Made by a program: the position numbers and the translations under genes. DNA of 64,000 bases from the human T2T-CHM13v2.0 reference genome, Homo sapiens: assembly GCF_009914755.1 (NCBI RefSeq), contig NC_060930.1; one strand, given 5' to 3'. The notes under the pieces are model-generated. The model saw only the letters and a program-made list of their open reading frames with translations. It did no database searches and was not told where the DNA came from. This document shows, in pieces, positions 37,957 through 54,936 of this stretch (the first letter of the stretch is position 1; every line of letters begins with the position of its first letter).

Positions 37957-38154
37957 CTAAGTACACAGCCAATAAATGGCAGAACAGGCATTAAAACACA
38001 TCTTTGGATACCTGGATACCTGTATCCAAAGATGTGTTTTACCAGGATACAGATCATATCATCTATCTGTATATGCACACAAACATACAATATTTTCACT
38101 AAAAAATGGGAACACACTAACCACATAGTTTTGTAACCAGCCCTTTTTCACTTA

Positions 38155-38574
<420 letters not shown>

Positions 38575-38707
38575 TTACTCTAATATTATAGTATGTTTTT
38601 TAATATTATAAACAATGCTATAATGAATAGTGTGTACATCTGCATGATTAACTCCTTAAGATAAAAATACCCAAAAGAGGAAAGCGCTCTTTTCAGGCTT
38701 TTGGTAC

Positions 38708-38822
38708 TGATTCAGTTTCTAGCTACATTTCAAGTGTTCAAAAGCCCTTGTGACTAGTGACTACCACACTGGACAGTACAGATACTTTCCCTCATTGCCA
38801 AGGGTTCTATTCAACGGTGCTG
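38708..38822. mobile_element. MER3-like hAT element fragment
   Basis: ctagctacatttcaagtgttcaaaagcccttgtgactagtgactaccacactggacagtacag. Confidence 0.65.
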
Positions 38823-39509
38823 GTCCACACTGTTCCAGACCATGCAGATCACTGTTGAATCTTGGGGCATGGCCTCCCACTTCAGCCTGATATTGGAGCC
38901 CCTCTCTATCCTACTCCTGAAGGCCACCCTCCACAGTGATTTCTGCTAACCCTGCAGCTGCAGCACATAGGATGTGCACTGGAGAGCTGGTTCCCTCCCC
39001 CTATAGCTCCACCTAGGCTAGGAGAATAGAGATTTTACCTACAGAGATTTTACCTGCAGACATCATTGTTCCTACTCTTGTTTCCAGCCCCAGCTCCCAG
39101 CCTGCATATGTTACTAGGTTTGTATGGAAGGGCAGGCTCTCCGACCAACCTCTAAGCAAGTTTCCCTCAAGTGTGCTGGCTAACAATGGGCAGGCTGATG
39201 TGTAACTTCCCTCTACTCTTACTTTACTGTTTTCTACCAAAGCTCTTCAACATGACACTGTGAGTGAAAACTTTTTTTAATTTTGCAAGGGTGATGTAAA
39301 TTCTTCTGCATTCTATCATTTGGGTGTTTCAGCAAAAAACTGGTAAGAGGGTGAAAGATGACTCACCACCTTGGACTAAGAAGTAAAAGCTTTTAAAGCT
39401 TATAGGCATTTCAAATGGTTTTAAGTAACAACTTGATATCTCAACTGGCTCTCTTTACTTTTCCATTTGAAATCTGCTTAAGAAATAAGCACCTAGAAAA
39501 GGTTTGCCT

Positions 39510-40097
39510 AACCGAATCCAGCAGCACATCAAAAAGCTTATCCAAAGCTTATCTACCATGATCAAGTCGGCTTCATCCTTGGGATGCAAGGCTGGTTCAA
39601 CATACGCAAATCAATAAATGTAATCTATCACATAAACAGAACCAATGACAAAAACCACATTATTATCTCAATAGATGCAGAAAAGGCCTTCATACTAAAA
39701 ACCTCAATAAACTAGGTATTGATGGAACCTCAAAATAATAGGTATTGATGGTATCTCAAAATAATAAGAGCTATTTATAAAAACCCACAGCCAGTATCAT
39801 ACTGAAAACTGGAAGCATTCCCTTTGAAAACCGGCACAAGGCAAGGATGCCCTCTCTCATCACTCCTGTTCAACAGAGTGTGATATACAGATGAATGGAA
39901 CAGAATAGAAGCCTCAGAAATAACACCTATCGAGGGGTGGAGGGCTGGGGGAGGGATGGCATTAGGAGAAATACCTAATGTAGATGACGAGTTGATGGGT
40001 GCAGCAAATCACCATGGCACATGTATACCTATGTAACAAACCTGCACATTCTACACATGTACTCCAGAACTTAAAGTATAATTAAAAAAAAAAAAAA
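39510..40097 (+). mobile_element. 5'-truncated, internally rearranged L1PA (PA7/8-like)
   Basis: ORF2 RT-region sequence, then 3'UTR end and poly-A; TSD aaaggtttgcct at 39498-39509 and 40099-40110. Confidence 0.92.
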
Positions 40098-41056
40098 GAA
40101 AGGTTTGCCTTAGTTAAGGGTCACAATGTAATAAGCAAGAAATAGCAAACTGTTACAAATTTATTATGTAAATAGCAAATAGACTTTCTACAGGATCTTT
40201 AGTCATGGAAATGCAATTTCTTTGAGGTAGAAAGGAAAAATGTATTTTCCATTTACATTTGCAAGATAATAAATAACAACCCACATGTAATTACAGAATG
40301 AATAAAGACTAAAAAATAGAAATTCTAATGTAATTCTAATTCACAATCATGCTAGAAACCCTACTTTAAGAAGCTGTAGTATTCTTGAAATGTTTACACA
40401 CCATCAAAATATATATACAAGGGTAGAATCTAACCTAATAAAATTAAAATAAAACTTCTTATACACAAATCATCTATGTGTTAGTGACACATCTGAATAT
40501 CACTATGTATTATTTTCCCAAGCTAATAAATAGGTTTGACTTTAGAAATTTATCATCACAAAAAAGACTATAGTATCAATTATAATTTCATACTCAAACT
40601 CCCTCTTTTCAGTCAATAAAATATATACAGAATTGAAAGTATGGTATATAACTGGTAGATCACACATAACAATGCAAAGTACTAAACACCATTTAAGAAG
40701 AAAGGCGGCTCATGACAAGAAAAAGTAAAAGCAATAGAAAAGTAGTCATTTATAACAAACTAATCTTGAAGCCAACTCAACCAAACACAGTTTTGTTATA
40801 TGAGCCTTCACTTCATGCTTTGTCGAAGTGTCAAGACTCATGTGAGAGAAGATCTGTTCTGGCTCTTCAGCAACTCACCGGGGAGTCATTTTTGTCTTAT
40901 GTGGGAGAGGCTCTGAAACCATTATGTTCTATCACTGCCAGAATTGGCTGACTTGTCTAAAGGATCAGGAGCCAAACACAGAAACAACTATGAAAGAACC
41001 TGGGATCATCAGTCAAAAGACATAGCAAGCCTAAATGGAAATATAATAATACCCTT

Positions 41057-41415
41057 TGTCTCAGTCTGTTTGGGCTGCTATGGCAAATTACCATAGAACG
41101 GTTAGCTTATAAACAAAAGAAATTTATTTCTCACATTTCTGTAGATCAGGAAGTCCAAGATCAAGGCACCAGGAGATTTGCTGTCTGGTGAGGGCCACTT
41201 CCTCAGAGACTGCCATCTTCTCACTGTAACCTCACATGGTGGAATGGGAAAGGGTCTTTCTGTGGTCCTGTTTATAACGGCACCAATCTCATTCATGAGT
41301 GTGAAGCTGTAGTGACTTAATCATCTCCCAAAGGCTTCACCTCCTAATATCATCATCTTGAAGGCTAAGATATCAACATATGAATTTTGGAGGGACACAA
41401 ACATTCAGACCATAT
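41057..41415 (-). mobile_element. ERVL-MaLR solo LTR (MLT1A/MST-like)
   Basis: tgtctcagtctgtttgggctgcta...gaaatttatttctcaca...gtccaagatcaagg...gggacacaaacattcagaccata. Confidence 0.85.
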
Positions 41416-42261
41416 CCTCCCTCCCGTAGAAGACACAAGGGTAATCTAATCTACAAGGCTACAGACTTCATTTCTGCATTAGATTCTTATATTGCATGTA
41501 AAAAACAACAAAAAGGGCAGAGGGGTTAGCCGCAACTGATCTAATCTCATATCGTCTATAATAAGAGCTTACAATCAGTTATGAATATTAGAGACATCCA
41601 TTAAAAACTATAAAGTTCTCAAAAGCAAGAAAAGCAATGTAATAAATGAGTTATTTTATGGAGAAAAAAAATTCAAGTACACGAAAAAGCCAAAATCCTA
41701 CACTAATAAAACCTAATGAAAAGAGGAATGATACCTACAATAGGTTTCTTAGGAATATATTGTGATATAAAATATTAATGTCTACATATTTCTTTGTTAA
41801 GAATGGTTAGACACTGAATGTCAGCTATTTTCTGTAGAGAGGGGTTAACAAAGAAATAAATTGTGCTTATTTATTAATTATACCTTCAACATTTAAAGCT
41901 AATTACTTTCTTAAAGAAGAGCTTGGCTTGACAATATCCTTAGTAAATGAAGACATTATTTGGATTTCAAAAGGGTATTTGAATTATTTAAGTCTTACAT
42001 TTTATACCAGGATCAACAAATGTACTCTTACATACAACAGTTTTAAAAGAGGTAAACAAATTTACGTATCAATTAAAACCAGGAATGTCCTAGTGCTTTA
42101 TTCAAACCTCAAGAAATATTTTTGTGTAGCAAAAAGAAAAAAAAAATCGCTGGAAGACAACAATATGACACTTGTAAGTCAAAGGAAAATATCAGGTCTA
42201 CCTTGATGGAGAATTTATATATGAACTAATATATAACATGAATAGTAAATAGATTACAATG

Positions 42262-42566
42262 GGTTGGGCACAGTGGCTCACGCCTGCAATCCCAGCACTT
42301 TGGGAGGCCAAGGCGGGTGGATCACCTGAGGGCAGGAGTTTGAGACCAGCCTGGCCAACATGGCAAAACCCTGTCTCTACTAAAAATACAAAAATTAACC
42401 GGGCGTGGTGGCGGGTGCCTGCAGTCCTAGCTACTTGGGAGGCTGAGGCAGGAGAATTGCCTGAACCCAGGCTGGGGGGCGGAGGTTGTAGTGAGCAGAG
42501 GTTGCGCCACTGCACTCCAGCCTGGGTGACACTGCGAGACTCCGTCTCAAAAAATAAATAAATAAA
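42262..42566 (+). mobile_element. AluS
   Basis: Dimer flanked by attacaatg. Confidence 0.9.
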
Positions 42567-43503
42567 TTACAATGAACTTCAGGTAGTTTTTGGTACTAGC
42601 TAGTAAGATTGGCTACTTTTTTAACTGCAGTGACACAAATTTACAATGCTCTAGGACAGTGTCTCCCCAAATGATGTTATGTAGGCCATTAACAGACAGG
42701 CTACTCCTCCTGTAAAAAAAGTTCTGAGTTCAAATAAGTTTGGGAAATGCTGACTCCAACAGGTTTCTTGACTGAGTAAGTAATACAGCACTTAACAGGC
42801 TAAGGTGTTATGGGCCTCCAAGAACAGGTAAGCAAACTTTGCTAAATATATTTGAGCATAGAATCTTCTCCTCTCTTCCAAAGCAGAGCTTCTTTTCGCA
42901 TTTCCAGGTACTAATACTCTATGGAACATAATTTGGGAAAGAAACACCACCCTCAAGATAGTCTATATGTTCTACGTTGGATAGAAACATCAATTTACTA
43001 GATAAAGATACTGAATCAGCATTAAATAATGTTTGATCTTTAGAAAAAGCAGACTTCTATGGAACTATAGTACTAACTGCTATGGACAATTTCTCTTCTA
43101 GTGGATTTCACAAAAGAAGTCTGGGCCTTTGCCTTATTAGATCTCATTCTCATTCCCCATCCCACTTCACTCTTGTCTTTGGGGTTCTTGCCGCCCAGGT
43201 TTCCTTGCTAAGGCAGAGGATGCAGAGATGCTGAAACGTAAAAAGATCTAGGGAAGCCAGCAGGAGTGTGGCGAAGCAGGATAAACAGGATATTTATCCA
43301 CAGTGGCTAGAAACCATGTCATTAAAGGAGTAGGTTAGCTAAAGAGAGTCAAAAATTAGTGCCAATAGAACAGAATAAAGTTTCAGGTCAGAAAGGCATG
43401 TATGAAACTAACGGTAAGAAGTTAAGTAGATTCAGAATAAGATGGCAGGGAAAGTGTAAACAGTTTGAGACATACTGTTCATCACAGTTAAAAAGCAACA
43501 TAT

Positions 43504-44440
<937 letters not shown>

Positions 44441-44499
44441 TAAAATGTTTTAAACTTAAAAAAATTTGTCTTAAAGAAAACCTTACTGAGTATTCTTTC

Positions 44500-45650
<1,151 letters not shown>

Positions 45651-46078
45651 GGGGTTTCTTTTTTGTGAATATTCATTTTTAAATCTATTAGGCAATCACC
45701 TTTTCTTGAATTCTTCAAGTCTGCAGACTGGTTTTAGCCACATTTTGCTAACGTTTAACATTTCCTCACCCTCCTCTGAATTTACATCTTATAATGCTCT
45801 CTAGGACACTGAGGACCAGCTCATGATACCTAACATACCTAAAAGTAGCTTAATCATTAAGTGAAAAAGACAACATTATGCTAATAGACTAATAGGGTCA
45901 AAAATAACTTGGTCATTTAAACTAAACCAACATTTTCTGAACACTCCTATATTTAAGGCGCTATATGGGGCTTTGTTTAAATATTTAAGAATCAGACAGA
46001 AAATGAGTCTTTAATGTCTTTACAATGGTACTAACTACTCTGTCATTCATTTTGTGTATTCAGTTCTTTGGCAGAAAC

Positions 46079-46364
46079 TTTTTTTTTTGAGACTAGTCGC
46101 TCTGTTGCCCAGGCTGTAGTGCTGCGGGGCATCTTGGCCCACTGCAACCTCTGCCTCCCAGCTTCAAGCGATTCTCCTGCCTCAGTCCCCCGAGTACTTG
46201 AGATACAGGCGTGCGCCACACACCTGGCTAACTTTTGTATTTTTAGTAGGGATGGGGTTTTGCCATGTTGGTCAGGCTGGTCTCAAACTCGTGGACCTCA
46301 CATGATCCACCTGCCTCGGCCTCCCAAAGTGCTGGGATTACAGGCGTGAGCCATCACACCCTGC
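46079..46364 (-). mobile_element. AluS
   Basis: Antisense dimer with TSD ggcagaaactttt. Confidence 0.87.
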
Positions 46365-47429
46365 CATCTTCGGCAGAAACTTTTTGTAAATGATCATCAA
46401 AGTCTCTGAATCCTAAAACATCAAGCAGTTTGCATTTCAAAACATTTTTATATGATTTAAGTAACAGAAAACAACGGAACATCCTTCTTTTATAAGCACC
46501 CTAAAATAGTATGGCACTACTTAATGGCATTCTTCATGAACAAAAGCATACTACATTTACTAACAAAGCACGCATTTTCTGTCTGGAAGGAAGTGTAACA
46601 ATGCTAATTATGTTTTAAATCCATGAGGCTCATTAAGAGGATCACATAACTAATATTATAATTTCTCTTCTGAGCTTAGGGTAGGCAGATTATTTTTAAA
46701 ATAAGATAATTAATTTAAAGATATAACATATTTCTTTAATTCCATATCTAACATTTAACTTTAAAAAATGTTCTTTTAAAAATGAAGGATGCTCAAGTAT
46801 AAGGAAAACATAAATATGCAAACACATACATAATTTTTATTAGAGTATGTAGCATGATATTACACTGTAGAATTAATAAGCATTTCTATATATAAAAAAA
46901 AGCAAGCCACAAAACTCATACTTTCTATTTATTAAAAGTATTAATCACTGGACCACCTATGAGTTCAAATATTTTATCAAACTTTAATTGAAAAATTGTA
47001 ACAAAGAAAAAAAAACCTAACAAATGACTTAGGAACAGTACACACTGTATGATCCCAGGTGATGCTGGTGCTGAGGACTCGGAAACCACACTTTGAAAAC
47101 CACTGTCTTAGATCATGGCAAAGAATCTTTCTACAAAAAGATTATAGAAGTATTAAATAATCTTTCTAGAATATTCAAACATTATCTGAACATGCCTAGA
47201 ATAGTCCCAGGCTTTGAAAAATTCCTCAAGTTAAACATGAAACAGTGCTCAGGTAATTTCATAAGGGATATATAGATATAGATATATAGAGAACAAAGAG
47301 AGAGAAAGAGATCTACGTGTATCTCTACTCTCTATATATTCTTCTCTGTATATCAATATATCAATAAATATATATATTGGTCCAGTGATCCAGTGGTCCA
47401 GTGATTGACACTTTTAATAAATAGAATGT

Positions 47430-47727
47430 GGCAGGGTGCAGTGGCTCACGCCTAAAATCCCAGCACTTTGGGAGGCCGAGGTGGACGGATCACGAGGTCA
47501 GGAGTTTGAGACCACTCTGGCCAACACAGTGAAACCTCGTCTCTACTAAAAATACAAAAATTAGCTGGGCATGGTGGCATGTGCCTGTAGTCCCAGCTAC
47601 TCTGGAGGCTGAGGCAGGAGAATCACTGGAACCTGGGAGGCACAGGTTGGGGCTGAGATCATGCCACTGCACTTCAGCCTGGGCAACAGAGCAAGACTCT
47701 CTCTCAAAAATAAATAATAAATAAATG
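47430..47727 (+). mobile_element. AluS inserted into one arm of an inverted duplication
   Basis: TSD aataaatagaa(t/c)gt at 47416-47429 and 47728-47741. Confidence 0.9.
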
Positions 47728-48196
47728 AATAAATAGAACGTATGAGTTTTGTGGCTTGCTTTATTTTTTTATACAGGAGTGCTTATATGATATATATCTA
47801 TATATCACATAGATACATATGTATATATCCCTTATGAATGATATACTTGGGCCCCTGTATATACATTGATATATTTTGATATATATATCTCAAAATACCA
47901 CTTTAAATCTTTTTATGGAATAAAGCAGACAATCAGTCAATGAGCCCTTAGAGCTGTGGACATATTATATATTTCAACTGACAGGTAGTACATACATTTG
48001 TAGTATATACATTTATACTAATGCTCCAGAAATCTCATGAGATAGAGAAATAAATTCTCCATGTTTCAAAGGTCTCTAATTCCATTATGACTCATCTTTT
48101 CAAGACTGTCTCATTTTCTTTATTTCCCTCATTAAACACATTTTAAACGGTACATGTGAAAAGTCAAAAAGGAAAATTCCTGGTTACTATGGTTTT

Positions 48197-48766
<570 letters not shown>

Positions 48767-49099
48767 CCAGGTACCAGGAACAAATGAAAGCCAAAATAAT
48801 GCAGTGGGCTGATGTATAAAGCCCAGGAGGATTTGAAATTTGGATATAGGCCCTAGAAGCTGGGGGTCTAAACCGCCACTCAAAAACAGATGACGACGCC
48901 TTAGGTGTATATATTCGAGGTGTGGAATTAGCCTCCTGCAGAGTCCAGAGCCCTAGGAAGAGCTACTATGTCAGTGAAAACAAGACTAGGAAAACTCTAT
49001 CAACTGGCCTGGCCTGGGGAGGCAGTAAGGAAGCTTGTTGTATGTCCTGGGATTGTGTTGTGTATAGTGTGTAGAACAAAAGCAAAGAGAAAACCTTAA

Positions 49100-49770
49100 A
49101 ATCACACACAGAGAGAAAAATTTACCTAGAAAGGCAAGACTATTACACTGATGGCTGACATCATATCAGCAATAACCAAAGCCAGAGAACCACGGAGAAA
49201 TCTTCAAAGTCCAAAAAAAAAAAAAAAACCCTTCTAATTCTTTATCAAGCTAAATTATATTTTTTAAAATGAGGGCAAAATAAAGACATTTTCAGGCAAC
49301 AAGTGAAAAAAATTGCCATTCACAGATAGTTGCTGAAAGAATCACTAAAAGATATACCAAAATAAGGAGTATATGCAAAAAAGCAAAATCATATACGTCA
49401 ATCCAAATAAGCCCTGACTGTAAAGGAACTAAAATATATAAAGTTGGGGTAGAGTGTGGAGCAGTTAAGTGAAAACAAGGTAGAGCTAAAATAATAGAAA
49501 GAAATAGCAGGAGGGAAAGATATGAGGTAAAGAGTTCTAAAGTCCTTGTACTACTCTGGCAGAAGCTGGGAGGACTCGAATATTTAAGTCAAATATGTAT
49601 GTAAAAATGCAAGCGTAACTACTAAATTAGAAAGAGTATAAGTCATTTTCAAATCATTAGTTCAGGGAGAAAAAAGAAATAAGAAAAATTCAATTAATGT
49701 TACACAAGTCAGAAAAGAAGGTGGAGGGAAAGCATGAGACAAAAAACACCACAAGATAGCAGAAATAATT
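49100..49770 (+). mobile_element. Old L1M/HAL1-like fragment (ORF1 end)
   Basis: ctgacatcatatcagcaa...aagccagag...tcttcaaagt...aaatgagggcaaaataaagacattttcag. Confidence 0.6.
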
Positions 49771-49773
49771 CTA

Positions 49774-50112
49774 GGCCAGGTGCGGTAGCCCATGCCTATA
49801 ATCCTAACACTTTGGGAGGCTGAGGTAGGAAGATCACTTGAGCCCAGGAGTTTTGAGACCAGCCTGGGCAACACAGTAAACCCTGTCTCTACAAAAAATT
49901 TTAAAAACAACCAGGCATGGTGGCTAATTTTTAAATTTTTGGTAGAGACAGGGTCCCACTATGCCTATGCCTGCAGTCCCAGCTATGTGGGAAGCTGAGG
50001 TGAGGGGAGCACTTTAGCATGGGAGATGGAAGCTGCAGTAAGCCATGATCTTACCACTGCACTCCAGCCTGGGTGACAGGGTGAGACCCCAACTCAAAAA
50101 ATAAATAAATAA
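49774..50112 (+). mobile_element. AluJ with an internal antisense-Alu insertion
   Basis: Dimer interrupted at ~49922-49963. Confidence 0.85.
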
Positions 50113-50281
50113 ATCTAAACATATGAATAAATACATTCATGTAAACAGATTAAACTCTCCTAATGTAAAAAAGATGCTTAGACTAGAAAAGATAATACAG
50201 TTAAAGGAAAATAAAAACAGATTCCACAAAAACCTATTTCAATTAGAAAGCTGCTACTGTTTCTCTTAAATAAAGAGTTAG

Positions 50282-50619
<338 letters not shown>

Positions 50620-50689
50620 ATGGCAGTGGGTTTAACAATCCAACTGATTGCCCCAAGTGTTCTGAAAACCCTGATTCATGAAGTCATGT

Positions 50690-52600
<1,911 letters not shown>

Positions 52601-52821
52601 CTCTTATCTGTGTATGTGTAGGATTTTTTTAGATTTAAACTAGAACCTGCATAAATAACATATGACATGGCAAATTTTAAACGATTCCTCTCAATGGAAA
52701 ACTGTTTTATACAGTCTTCACATAAAGCAATAATTAAAACTGCACATAATCTAAATGGATATGCTAGCAATCCACAATACCCTACACTTGTGGAGTTTTT
52801 AAATTTTTATTATTTTTTTTT

Positions 52822-52917
52822 AAATATGGAACTCTTCACAAATTTGCATGTCATCTTTGCACAGGGGCCATGCTAATCTCTGTATCATTCCAATTTTAGT
52901 GCTGCCAAAATAAGCAA
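52822..52917 (-). pseudogene. RNU6 pseudogene: U6 snRNA retropseudogene
   Basis: Reverse complement of U6 (aaatatggaa..cttcac.aatttgc.tgtcatc.ttgc.caggggccatgctaatc...tgtatc.ttccaattttagt...gctgcc) with small deletions and an A-rich tail at ~52796-52821. Confidence 0.93.
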
Positions 52918-52986
52918 CCTATACTTATTTAAAGTAAGAGATGGGAAACAAATTCCTAAGCAATTTTGACTTAAAAAAAATGTTTT

Positions 52987-53446
52987 GGCCGGGTACGGTG
53001 GCTCATGCTTATAATCCTAGCACTTTGGGAGGCCAAGGCAGGAGGATCAGTGGAACTCAGGAGTTTGAGGCCAGCCTAGGCAATATAGTGAGATCTCATC
53101 TTTGTTTAAAAAAAAAAAAAAAAGTTTTAAATATTTAATTTTCAAATTAATAGGAAAATACATTTAAAAAATACTTTCTAAAAAAATACTGTCAAATTTC
53201 AGTTTACAGACCTCTCCTCAAAGTCCTGGAATAAGATAAAGAATTCCTAGCCTAGGCAACATAAGGAGACCCAGTCCTTACAAAAATTAGCTAGGCATGG
53301 TGGCACATGCCTGTAGTCCCAGCTACTAAGGAGGCTGAGGAGGGAGGATCACCTGAGTCTGGGGAGGTTGTGGTGGCAGTGAGCCATGATCGTGCCAATG
53401 TACTACAGCCTGGGTGACAGAGTGAGACCCTATCTCAAAAAAAAAA
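52987..53446 (+). mobile_element. FLAM (52987-53122) and an AluJ right portion (53248-53446)
   Basis: Alu matches; the second is flanked by aa(a/g)gattcct-like repeats. Confidence 0.8.
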
Positions 53447-53524
53447 GGATTCCTGATCTTCTATCTCTAATGTTATTATAAAATACATATTCAAAACAAA
53501 CAACAGTGGCAACTATTTAACTAT

Positions 53525-54061
53525 TGTGACAGAATGTCTTTTCTAAAGATGGTCACAACAGTATCTTTGTACCACAGGCTCTTCCAAAACCTTGTCAACT
53601 CCCTCAGCAAGAGGTGAAGTCTAATTCCCCTCCTCTGTCTGAGTGTGCACTTGTAACCAATAGAAGGCTGTGGAAATGACAATGCTCAGCTTTCAAGGCT
53701 TTGTCAAAAAAAAAAAAAAACAAAAAAAAAAAACGCAGATTTGTCCTTGTTCACTTTAACATTCGAGGCCGCCAGGTTATACACAAGCAAGGCCACATGA
53801 AGGCAGTCTGGTCAACAATGCTAGCCTAGGTACCAGACATGTTGGTGAAAAAGCCATCAAACTATTTTGGCCCCCAGGAGTCAAGTGTGTCAATCTCAAC
53901 TTTCCAGTCTTCCCAACTGAGATCCCAGTCACCACATGGCTGAGAAAAATCTATCCCCACTGTGCCCTTTCAGAGGGCACAACTTGCAGAATCGATGTGC
54001 ATAATAAAAAGTGTTTCATGCCACTAAGTTTTGGAATGAGTGTTAAACAGCAGTATTAACA
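53525..54061 (+). mobile_element. ERVL-MaLR solo LTR (MLT1G/H-like)
   Basis: tgtgacagaatgtcttttctaaagatggtcacaacagtatct...gccactaagttttggaatg...cagcagtattaaca. Confidence 0.75.
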
Positions 54062-54412
54062 ATAATAAATATATTAGGGGAAAAAGTTAACCCCATCTCT
54101 AAAATTGGATATTTTTTAGTCTAAACAATGCTAGGTTCCTGACCTACAAAACACCAACAAAGTAAATGCAATAAAATTACATACGGATTTTCTCTTGTGT
54201 CCACCACCAAAAGTTCTAAATAAAACAAACTTACACTAATCACTCCTGATTTTCACAAATGACAATTAAAGGCCTTTTTATACTTCAGCTCTTAAATAAG
54301 TCTCACAGAAATTATATGAACAAAGCCATGCCCACAGGCTTAAATGCTAGCTAGCTAAATTGTTAATACAAATTGTGATGTTTCTTCCCTTGCTGAGTAT
54401 TAGAATATTCTC

Positions 54413-54448
54413 ATCGCTTCTCGGCCTTTTGGCTAAGATCAAGTGTAG
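54413..54448 (+). pseudogene. RNU2 pseudogene: 3'-truncated tailless U2 snRNA retropseudogene (U2 nt 1-36)
   Basis: Exact match ATCGCTTCTCGGCCTTTTGGCTAAGATCAAGTGTAG; TSD tagaatattctc at 54401-54412 and 54446-54457. Confidence 0.95.
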
Positions 54449-54641
54449 AATATTCTCTTCCCGTTATCTAGAAAAAAATGATTAACAAAATCCAATAATA
54501 CTGAATATATCTTTTATATGTGGTCTACAATTGATAGTAATCATTTACTGCACAAGCTAAGACTGGAAAACATACCAACATTCTTAAAAAAAAAAAAAAA
54601 CTAGTTTAAAAGAAAGTAATTTTAAAAACTAGCCATTATAG

Positions 54642-54936
<295 letters not shown>

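Noticed and set aside
52822-52917. Functional U6 gene
   Set aside because: Internal deletions, CpG decay, an A-rich retro tail and no recognisable PSE/TATA.
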